Source: an uncultured Bacteroidales bacterium (lineage in GTDB: Bacteria > Bacteroidota > Bacteroidia > Bacteroidales > BM520). From it: 64,000 nucleotides of DNA. Of the stretch, positions 37,017 to 44,847 are shown in pieces (the stretch's first letter is position 1; each line of letters starts with the position of its first letter). The stretch spans positions 185 through 64,184 of the forward strand of contig CAZQNY010000004.1 in NCBI GenBank assembly GCA_964594665.1, written 5' to 3'. The notes under the pieces were generated by a model that did no database searches, was not told the origin of the DNA, and worked only from the letters and a program-made list of their open reading frames with translations. The translations under genes were made by a program, and so were the position numbers.

Positions 37017-38121
37017 GTAACTCTTTGAGTTTATATTTCAGTTCATTACCCCGTAGTTTAACGGCCACAATTTTACCTTCAGGATCGATAAGTACAGTGT
37101 GAGGAATGGCTCTTACAGCGTATATTTTTGCTGCATCGGAGTCCCATTTTTTCAAATCGCTGACCTGTGGCCACAACAGGCCATCATCCTGAATTGCTTT
37201 TAACCATTTTTCGCGATTATTATCAAGCGATACGCCCAGAATCTCAAAACCTTTATCCTTATATTCCTTATAAAGGTTCACCACATTAGGGTTCTCCCTT
37301 CGGCAAGGGCCACACCAGGAAGCCCAGAAATCGATTAACAGATACTTACCACGGAAATCGGATACTTTAACGGGTTTACCATCAGGAGAAAGCAATTCGA
37401 ATTCAGGTGCCGGCATTCCGGGTTTTGTTTTTGCTTCTGCAGTAACAGTATAATTTAATTCCCGTACATATGCATTCTCAGGAAAACGGGCAGAGAGTTC
37501 TGCGTTAACTTTTTCATAAAGAGGTAGTTCTGAGGATACCTCCAGCTGATTTAAGAAGAAAAGACATGCCAGGGAAGAAGGATTTTTGGAAACAAATTCA
37601 CGAATCACATTTTTTTGCCCTGAAAGAATCTGTTCTGAGGCCACGCGGAATTCTTCTTTTCGCATATTTTTCTCTTCATTACTGCCAAGTGCATCAAAAG
37701 CCTTTTTCAATGAATCAAGCTGAATTTCGAAGGGCCGTAATTTATCGCCTATATCCAGCAAATGAGAAGTAAAATCAGATCCTTTAACAACGATCGACTC
37801 TCTCATAGGCGATGAGGCTACTGTAACAGATATTTTCTCGCCGGGCTGGACAATAAGATATTGAAAATCGCTATTAGGCAGTTCCAACTGATAGAAATCC
37901 GCCACAGGGGCATCAAAAACAAACGAAAATTTATTATCAATAACCTGTACTTCTGCAACAGGAGTTCTGTTTCGATCCAGCTTTTTTAATGATACCGTCT
38001 TAAAATCAACAGGATAAGAAAATTCGCCATCAATTTTTACAGTTGAGTTATTTTTCTCCCCGCTACAGGCAAAAGCAGCAAAAACAGTTATCAGAAATAA
38101 AAAATTACGGATATGCTTCAT
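37000..38121 (-). CDS. TlpA-family thiol:disulfide oxidoreductase lipoprotein (DUF4369 N-domain + thioredoxin domain)
   Basis: 373 aa with a lipoprotein signal (..AAFAC) and the motif LIDFWASWCGPCRRENP. Confidence 0.85.
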   Translation of the reverse strand: MKHIRNFLFLITVFAAFACSGEKNNSTVKIDGEFSYPVDFKTVSLKKLDRNRTPVAEVQVIDNKFSFVFDAPVADFYQLELPNSDFQYLIVQPGEKISVTVASSPMRESIVVKGSDFTSHLLDIGDKLRPFEIQLDSLKKAFDALGSNEEKNMRKEEFRVASEQILSGQKNVIREFVSKNPSSLACLFFLNQLEVSSELPLYEKVNAELSARFPENAYVRELNYTVTAEAKTKPGMPAPEFELLSPDGKPVKVSDFRGKYLLIDFWASWCGPCRRENPNVVNLYKEYKDKGFEILGVSLDNNREKWLKAIQDDGLLWPQVSDLKKWDSDAAKIYAVRAIPHTVLIDPEGKIVAVKLRGNELKYKLKELLTDQN

Positions 38122-38146
38122 ATGTTCATTTTTAAATATTAAACCT

Positions 38147-38154
38147 CAAAAGTA
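38147..38154 (-). promoter_or_regulatory. -7 box for the TlpA-family gene
   Basis: The minus strand reads TACTTTTG, about 26 nt upstream of ATG 38121. Confidence 0.4.
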
Positions 38155-38236
38155 CAAAAATCATTCATCCTGAAGGCGATTAAATTTTATGATAAAAAAC
38201 CTATGAAGATCGGGGGCAGTGTTGTATTTTTGGAAT

Positions 38237-39793
38237 ATGGAACAACGTGCAGAATCGAGGAAGCCCCAAACGAATGCAAACCGCTCAGGGGCAGTATTTT
38301 CCAAAGAATTGATTGATCATGGCAGGGTACCGCCTCAAGCGGTTGATCTGGAAGAAGTGGTATTGGGATCCATGCTTCTGGAACGCGATGCATTAACTGA
38401 GGTAATCGATATTGTAAGACCTGCAATATTTTATAAGGAGTCGCATCAGAAAATTTGCGAGGCCATTCATCATTTGTTTCGCAATTCAGAGCCTATCGAT
38501 ATTATGACGGTGACCAACGAGCTCAAAAAGACCAAAGAGCTGGAAGCCGTCGGTGGTGCTTATTACATAGCCCAACTGACAAACAGGGTTGCCTCTGCAG
38601 CAAATATTGAATACCATGCACGTATTTTAGTTCAGAAACACATCGAGCGTGAATTAATAAGCAGTAGTTCAGAGATTATAAAACTGGCCTATGATGAATC
38701 GATAGATGTTTTCGACTTGTTGGATAAAGCACAGGGCAATTTATTTGAGCTCAGTGAGAACAATTTCCGCAGGAGTTATGTCAGTATGGACAACATTGTA
38801 AGGGAGGCCGTTGAAGAGATCCAGAATGCAAGGATGCATAAAGACGAATTGCGCGGAGTACCCACCGGATTCACTGAGCTTGATGCACTTACAGGGGGAC
38901 TGCAGCGCTCCGACCTATTGATTCTCGCTGCCCGTCCGGGGATGGGTAAAACAGCCCTCGCGCTTACCATGGCCCGAAACATGGCCGTTGACTATAACCG
39001 CCCTGTTGCGGTTTTTAGCCTTGAGATGGCAGCCGTTCAGCTTACCACCCGTCTGATTTCCAGTGAATCGCAAATTACTGCCGACAAACTTAGAAAAGGC
39101 GAATTAAATGACCAGGAATGGCAACAGTTGCAAGCCAAAATCGGCCCGCTGGCCGATGCCCCTTTGTTTCTTGATGACACTCCCGCGCTATCCATATTTG
39201 AACTTCGGGCCAAATGCCGTCGCTTGAAAGAACAATACGATATTCAGTTTGTGGTGATAGATTACCTCCAGCTGATGACGGCCAACGCTGAAAAAGGAAA
39301 CAGGGAACAGGAGATCAGTACGATTTCACGTTCATTAAAAGCATTGGCTAAAGAGCTAAATATTCCTGTACTCGCACTATCGCAGTTAAGTCGTGATGTA
39401 GAAAAGCGTGGAGGATCCAAAAAACCGGTCCTCTCCGACCTTCGTGAATCCGGTGCCATTGAGCAGGATGCCGATATTGTATTTTTTGTCTATCGCCCGG
39501 AGTATTACAATATTGATGAAAATGAAGACGGCCAGTCGAGTGCAAATATGGCACAGCTTATTGTTGCCAAGCACCGTAATGGCGCTTTAAAGGATATTGA
39601 CCTGAAGTTCACTGCTAAGTTCGCACATTTCTCAGATCCCGATCCGGAATATGGTTTTGCAAACGATGCCATTGCTCCCAACCAAAACTTCGACAATCAG
39701 CAGCAAGTTGTTACCATGCAGTCGAAAATGAATAATGACACACCCCAACATCCTGCTGAAGGGGGTAACGGGAATTTTGATGTTCCTTTTTAA
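38237..39793 (+). CDS. dnaB: Replicative DNA helicase DnaB
   Basis: It has the motifs PPQAVDLEEVVLGSMLLE, Walker A (ARPGMGKTALAL), Walker B (VVIDYLQLM) and LSQLSR. I set the start at ATG 38237. Confidence 0.93.
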   Translation: MEQRAESRKPQTNANRSGAVFSKELIDHGRVPPQAVDLEEVVLGSMLLERDALTEVIDIVRPAIFYKESHQKICEAIHHLFRNSEPIDIMTVTNELKKTKELEAVGGAYYIAQLTNRVASAANIEYHARILVQKHIERELISSSSEIIKLAYDESIDVFDLLDKAQGNLFELSENNFRRSYVSMDNIVREAVEEIQNARMHKDELRGVPTGFTELDALTGGLQRSDLLILAARPGMGKTALALTMARNMAVDYNRPVAVFSLEMAAVQLTTRLISSESQITADKLRKGELNDQEWQQLQAKIGPLADAPLFLDDTPALSIFELRAKCRRLKEQYDIQFVVIDYLQLMTANAEKGNREQEISTISRSLKALAKELNIPVLALSQLSRDVEKRGGSKKPVLSDLRESGAIEQDADIVFFVYRPEYYNIDENEDGQSSANMAQLIVAKHRNGALKDIDLKFTAKFAHFSDPDPEYGFANDAIAPNQNFDNQQQVVTMQSKMNNDTPQHPAEGGNGNFDVPF

Positions 39794-39802
39794 TAAAAGC
39801 CT

Positions 39803-41059
39803 ATGAAAAAAACGCTTTATACTCTTATATTTCTATTATCAGCCCTTTTTTCACAAGCTGCGTATATCCTGATTCCTATGGACGACAGCCAGTCAAACCA
39901 TTTAAAAGCTTATGGATTTGCGTACTGGACACTTGAGCAGAAGGTAGAAGTATACTGGTTATTAAATTATAAAGGCGGCAGCTTTATGATGAAATATCAC
40001 GAAACCATTGAAAAGGAATGCCTTATCAGAGATGTTACCTACAGCGTAATTGCCGATGCCAGAAGTACTGCAATATTAGCAGAAATAGCCGACCCGGGAG
40101 TAAATATGGATGCTGTTAAACTACATAAAGCACCAAAAATTGCCGTTTACTCACCAAAAAACAAACAACCCTGGGATGATGCTGTAACCCTGGCACTTAC
40201 CTATGCTGAGATTCCATATGATGTTATTTATGACCAGGAAGTACTGGATGGAACACTGCCTCTTTACGACTGGCTACACCTGCATCACGAGGATTTCACC
40301 GGGCAGTATGGGAAATTCTGGCGCGCATATAAAGATGTTGCCTGGTATCGTGAAAATCAGCGTTCTGCAGAAGAAACAGCAAAAGCGCTGGGCTTCAACA
40401 AGGTCAGTCAATGCAAATTGGCCGTTGCAAAAGCAATCCGCGACTTTGTTGTAGGCGGCGGTTATCTCTTTGCCATGTGCTCTGCTCCCGACAGCTTCGA
40501 CGTTGCGCTCTCGGCAGAAGGTGTGGATATTTGTGATGTAATGTTTGATGGCGACCCCATGGATCCCAACGCCCAGGAAAAACTCAACTATGATAACTGC
40601 ATTGCGTTCACTGATTTTAAAATCAGCACCAATCCCTATGAATATGAAATCTCAAGTATCGATATGACGGAAAAAAGAGCCGTTCCCAAAAACCTGGATA
40701 TGTTTACACTTTTTGAATTCAGTGCCAAATGGGATCCGGTTCCAACCATGTTATGCCAGGACCATGAGCAAATCATCAAAGGGTTTATGGGACAGACCAC
40801 TTCCTTTAACAAGGACAATCTTAAGCCTGACGTTTTGGTAATGGGAGAAACAAAAGCCAGCAATGAAGTTCGGTATATCCATGGAGATTACGGTAAAGGG
40901 ACCTGGACATTCCTCGGCGGCCATGACCCGGAAGATTACCAGCACCGTGTCGGGGATCCGCCCACCGACCTGAACTTACACCCTAACTCAGCAGGATACC
41001 GGCTCATTCTGAACAATGTTCTGTTTCCGGCAGCAAAGAAAAAGAAGCAAAAGACGTGA
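39803..41059 (+). CDS. Conserved secreted hypothetical protein (family often labelled asparagine synthetase B in Bacteroidota)
   Basis: 418 aa with a signal peptide and the N-terminus AYILIPMDDSQSNHLKAYGFAYWTL, which I recall from conserved genes next to dnaB. I could not support a catalytic assignment. Confidence 0.5.
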   Translation: MKKTLYTLIFLLSALFSQAAYILIPMDDSQSNHLKAYGFAYWTLEQKVEVYWLLNYKGGSFMMKYHETIEKECLIRDVTYSVIADARSTAILAEIADPGVNMDAVKLHKAPKIAVYSPKNKQPWDDAVTLALTYAEIPYDVIYDQEVLDGTLPLYDWLHLHHEDFTGQYGKFWRAYKDVAWYRENQRSAEETAKALGFNKVSQCKLAVAKAIRDFVVGGGYLFAMCSAPDSFDVALSAEGVDICDVMFDGDPMDPNAQEKLNYDNCIAFTDFKISTNPYEYEISSIDMTEKRAVPKNLDMFTLFEFSAKWDPVPTMLCQDHEQIIKGFMGQTTSFNKDNLKPDVLVMGETKASNEVRYIHGDYGKGTWTFLGGHDPEDYQHRVGDPPTDLNLHPNSAGYRLILNNVLFPAAKKKKQKT

Positions 41060-41096
41060 TTTTAACACACTAATCACCAACAGACAACAAAGGGAG

Positions 41097-41594
41097 CTAT
41101 CGTCGGCCCAATTCCTTTATTGTAAAGGCTTTGGCATGTTTCTCGTCTGCAGCATGTGGTATTTCATTTAATACAATCCACTCCCCGGTTTTAATCTCAG
41201 GAAACCAGGTATCCGCTTCAGGAGAATCCTCTACTGCAGTATAGTATATCTTTTGCACCAAAGGGAAAAACTGCTCATATATTGATGCACCACCCATAAT
41301 GAAATTTTCATTTTCAGGATCAGCGTGTTCAATGGCCTCCTCAATACTATTAACCATAATACAATTTGGAAAGGACTCTTGTTTGTCCATGGTAATAACA
41401 ATATTCCGGCGGTTTGGTAAAGCACCTTTTGGTAACGACAGATAGGTATTCCTGCCCATAATCACGGTATGCCCTGTTGTTTTCTGTTTAAAAAACTTCA
41501 TATCATCGGGCAATGTCCAGAGCAGACGATTATTACATCCTATAGCCCGGTTTTTACCAACAGCAACAATTATGGAAAGTGGTTTATTGATCAT
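41097..41594 (-). CDS. folA: Dihydrofolate reductase
   Basis: 165 aa with the motifs IVAVGKNRAIGCNNRLLW.LPDDMKFFKQKT.GHTVIMGRNTY and GGASIYEQF. Confidence 0.9.
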   Translation of the reverse strand: MINKPLSIIVAVGKNRAIGCNNRLLWTLPDDMKFFKQKTTGHTVIMGRNTYLSLPKGALPNRRNIVITMDKQESFPNCIMVNSIEEAIEHADPENENFIMGGASIYEQFFPLVQKIYYTAVEDSPEADTWFPEIKTGEWIVLNEIPHAADEKHAKAFTIKELGRR

Positions 41595-41604
41595 AATTCA
41601 GAAA

Positions 41605-42399
41605 TTAAACAGATATTTCACCTTTAATATGTGGATGCGCCTGATAATTCACCAGTTCGAAATCCCCAATTGTAAAGTCAGACAGATTCCGGATATCAGG
41701 ATTAATCTTCATCTGAGGCAATGCAAAAGGTTCACGCGTAAGCTGCAGTTTACATTGCTCGATATGGTTATTATAGATATGGGCATCACCGAGGGTATGG
41801 ATAAATTCACCCGGTTTCAGGCCTGTAACCCGAGCTATCATAAGTGTTAGCAATGCATATGATGCGATATTAAAAGGCACACCCAGGAAGATATCGCAGG
41901 AGCGTTGATAAAGCTGACAGGAAAGCTTCCCATCGGCGACATAAAACTGAAACAGCACATGGCAGGGAGGCAGCGCCATTTCCTCTACCTGCCCGACATT
42001 CCAGGCACATACCAGATGGCGACGCGATTCGGGGTTATTCTTTATGGAATCCACTACCCGCGCAATCTGATCTATATGGCCGCCATGATAGTCAGGCCAG
42101 CTGCGCCATTGATAGCCGTAGATGGGTCCAAGGTCACCCTTTTCATCTGCCCAGTCATTCCAGATACGGACATTGTTTTCTTTCAGATAGGCAATATTGG
42201 TAGAACCTTTTAAAAACCACAGCAGCTCATGGATAATCGATCGCAGGTGCAACTTTTTGGTCGTTAATACAGGAAAACCATCCTGTAGATTAAAGCGCAT
42301 CTGGTAACCAAATACAGACCTTGTGCCTGTACCGGTACGATCGCCTTTAGCAACACCCGTATTGATTACATGGTCTAAAAGATCCAGGTATTGTTTCAT
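41605..42399 (-). CDS. thyA: Thymidylate synthase
   Basis: 264 aa with MKQYLDLL..V...G....[12 protein letters not shown] and the catalytic segment [13 protein letters not shown]. Confidence 0.95.
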   Translation of the reverse strand: MKQYLDLLDHVINTGVAKGDRTGTGTRSVFGYQMRFNLQDGFPVLTTKKLHLRSIIHELLWFLKGSTNIAYLKENNVRIWNDWADEKGDLGPIYGYQWRSWPDYHGGHIDQIARVVDSIKNNPESRRHLVCAWNVGQVEEMALPPCHVLFQFYVADGKLSCQLYQRSCDIFLGVPFNIASYALLTLMIARVTGLKPGEFIHTLGDAHIYNNHIEQCKLQLTREPFALPQMKINPDIRNLSDFTIGDFELVNYQAHPHIKGEISV

Positions 42400-42457
42400 G
42401 ATATTGTATTTTATCTGTTAACGAATAATAGTCCTTTTCAGTTCAAGGAAAAAAAGA

Positions 42458-44005
42458 TTATCCCAGAAGCATACCAATCAGAGTAGCAGAGATCAACGCT
42501 GAGACAGCCCCCGCCAGAAGGGCACGCATTCCAAATTTTGAGAGGTTCAGTTTTTGGTTTGGAGCCAGAGCACCAATACCGCCAATCTGAATCCCCACAG
42601 AGCTGAAATTCGCAAAACCACACAGCAGATAAACAGCCATAATAATGGATTTAGGCTGCAAAAGGCCATTGTTAATCATTGCGGAAAGGCTTCCATACCC
42701 GACAAATTCGTTGAGGATGGTTTTTTCACCCAGGAGCTGACCAAGATATGCAATATCAGAGCCGGGCACACCCAGCAGCCACATCAATGGCGAGAGCGCA
42801 TAGCCAAGGAGAAACTGCAATGAAAAAGTCTCATATCCGGTATTCCCGGCAACCCAGTCGTTAAGGTTTGTCCAGGCGCCAATTTTTCCAAGAACAATAT
42901 TCACAAAGGCAATGGCAGCAATGTATGTAAGAAGCATAGCTGCAATATTTACTGCCAGTTTCATACCGTCGGTAGTACCATTTGAAAAGGCATCCAGCGC
43001 ATTGGAGCCGATTTTCTCCATATTAATATTAGCACTTTTATCAATAGATTCTGTTTGCGGGACGATAATCTTTGCCGCAACCACAGCGCCGGGAGCTGCC
43101 ATTACAGAGGCTGCCAGCAGGTGTTTTGCGAAAATCATCTGGGCTACGGGATCATTACCACCCAGAAAACCAATATATGCCGCCAGAACACCACCTGCCA
43201 TAGTTGACATACCGCCTACCATTACAACAAAAAGCTCAGATTTATTCAGGTTTTCCAGGTAGGCTTTAATTAATAGCGGTGATTCCGTCTGACCAAGAAA
43301 GATATTCCCTGCCAGGGAAAGGCTTTCTGTACCGGAAAGCTTCATCGCACGGGTCATAACCCAGGCAAGGCCACGAACAACAACCTGAATCACACCCCAG
43401 TAAAACAACAGACTGGATATTGCAGAAAAGAATATTACGGTAGGTAAAATTTTAAATGCAAAGATATATCCAAGCGAGTCATTATTAATAAGGTTACCAA
43501 GTAAAAAGACAGCGCCTGTTTCAGCAGCCTGAAGCACATAAACAAAAAGCTTTCCTACAATTTCAAAAAATGTCTGAATAAAGGGCACATAGAGTACTCC
43601 CAGTGCGAGAAGAATCTGAAAAATCAGGCCTCTGGCAACAACGCCCCAGTTAATGGCTTTGCGGTCGGTACTAAAAAGAAAGCATATAAACAGAATAACC
43701 GCAAGGCCCAATAAACCACGGACGATATTGATAAACTTAATGCCACCGGAATGCTCAAAGGATTGAATTACTTCTGCCAGAGTAGCACCTGAAGACATCT
43801 CTTCCACAATAATTTCCTCTTCTACAAGAGGATTCTGGATATTGGGAGATTCAGAGGATTCTTTTAACAGGGAATTCCCCAACAGGGTATCTTCAACAAA
43901 GTTTTCAGTTTTAAGGCTTGTATCCTTATCGCCGACAATCATGCCGGTACCAATAATAACGACACTGAAGAGGAACAGAGCCCCCAGGATTTTACGAATT
44001 TTCAT
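42458..44005 (-). CDS. NupC/CNT-family nucleoside transporter with ~110-aa N-terminal extension
   Basis: It is polytopic, with CNT motifs (NIFLGQTESPLLIKAY, GGMSTMAGGVLAAY, CGFANFSSVGIQIGG). I set the start at ATG 44005 to avoid overlapping the upstream gene. Confidence 0.85.
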   Translation of the reverse strand: MKIRKILGALFLFSVVIIGTGMIVGDKDTSLKTENFVEDTLLGNSLLKESSESPNIQNPLVEEEIIVEEMSSGATLAEVIQSFEHSGGIKFINIVRGLLGLAVILFICFLFSTDRKAINWGVVARGLIFQILLALGVLYVPFIQTFFEIVGKLFVYVLQAAETGAVFLLGNLINNDSLGYIFAFKILPTVIFFSAISSLLFYWGVIQVVVRGLAWVMTRAMKLSGTESLSLAGNIFLGQTESPLLIKAYLENLNKSELFVVMVGGMSTMAGGVLAAYIGFLGGNDPVAQMIFAKHLLAASVMAAPGAVVAAKIIVPQTESIDKSANINMEKIGSNALDAFSNGTTDGMKLAVNIAAMLLTYIAAIAFVNIVLGKIGAWTNLNDWVAGNTGYETFSLQFLLGYALSPLMWLLGVPGSDIAYLGQLLGEKTILNEFVGYGSLSAMINNGLLQPKSIIMAVYLLCGFANFSSVGIQIGGIGALAPNQKLNLSKFGMRALLAGAVSALISATLIGMLLG

Positions 44006-44012
44006 TAAGCGG

Positions 44013-44609
44013 TTATTTACGTTTGTTGATTTCATCCCGAAGACGGGACGCCAATTCATAGTCTTCATTATCAATAGCACTTTTCAACATATCCTTTAAT
44101 TCCTCAATAGAATTTTCTGTAAAAGGATCATTAGAAAGTGTTTCCTGATCAAAAGAAGCCTCCTCCATGGCATCATCAACATCTGCATCGTCCATTTCTA
44201 TACCTGCTTCTTCCATAATTTCGGAATACGTATAAAAAGGACAACCCACACGCAAAGCTATAGAAATAGCATCAGAGGTACGCGAGTCAATTATCTGGTG
44301 TTTTCCCTGATTATCATGGCAATATATTTTTGCATGGAAAACACCCTCAACAAATTTGTCTATGATCACCTGATCGACAAAAATGGAGAATGACTGCATA
44401 AACGAAGTGAAAAGATCGTGTGTTAAAGGCCGGGCCGGTTGCATTTTTTCAAGTTCGAGAGCAATAGACTGCGCCTCAAAACCACCAATAATGATAGGTA
44501 AGCGCCGCGTACCGTCCTCTTCGCCAAGAATTAATGCATATGCTCCATGCTGGGAATGGCTGTATGACATTCCGATTATTCTCAATTGTATTTTTCTTTT
44601 CTCTCCCAT
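44013..44609 (-). CDS. Bifunctional nuclease family protein (DUF151) with C-terminal UVR motif
   Basis: 198 aa with the motifs LPIIIGGFEAQSIALELE, RPLTHDL and the C-terminal DYELASRLRDEI. Confidence 0.75.
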   Translation of the reverse strand: MGEKRKIQLRIIGMSYSHSQHGAYALILGEEDGTRRLPIIIGGFEAQSIALELEKMQPARPLTHDLFTSFMQSFSIFVDQVIIDKFVEGVFHAKIYCHDNQGKHQIIDSRTSDAISIALRVGCPFYTYSEIMEEAGIEMDDADVDDAMEEASFDQETLSNDPFTENSIEELKDMLKSAIDNEDYELASRLRDEINKRK

Positions 44610-44769
44610 CTGACTGACTAAACCCTAAGGATGGCTATTTGTTCAGCTTGCTAAAGTAAAAATTATATTTGGGAACTATGATGAAAAAGGGGCATTTTTT
44701 CCAAACAACACATTAACATCGTTAATATATGTACGCTTTGAAATATAAAATATCAACTTTTTGTCAAAT

Positions 44770-44791
44770 TTTATGCAAACGTTTGCATAAA
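44770..44791. promoter_or_regulatory. Perfect 22-bp palindrome, LacI-family-type operator candidate (core TGCAAACGTTTGCA)
   Basis: TTTATGCAAACGTTTGCATAAA is its own reverse complement. It sits 18-39 nt upstream of the hppA -7 box, in the -33 region. Confidence 0.5.
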
Positions 44792-44808
44792 GTCCCGATT
44801 AATGTTTA

Positions 44809-44816
44809 TAAATTTG
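44809..44816 (+). promoter_or_regulatory. -7 box for hppA
   Basis: TAAATTTG lies 31 nt upstream of ATG 44848. Confidence 0.5.
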
Positions 44817-44847
44817 CAGGGATGTATTACAAACCAACAAGACAGGA

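Noticed and set aside
44006-44080. 25-aa N-terminal extension of the nucleoside transporter ORF
   Set aside because: It would overlap the 3' end of the upstream nuclease gene by 68 nt. The ATG at 44005 leaves a 7-nt gap and starts with a plausible TM helix.
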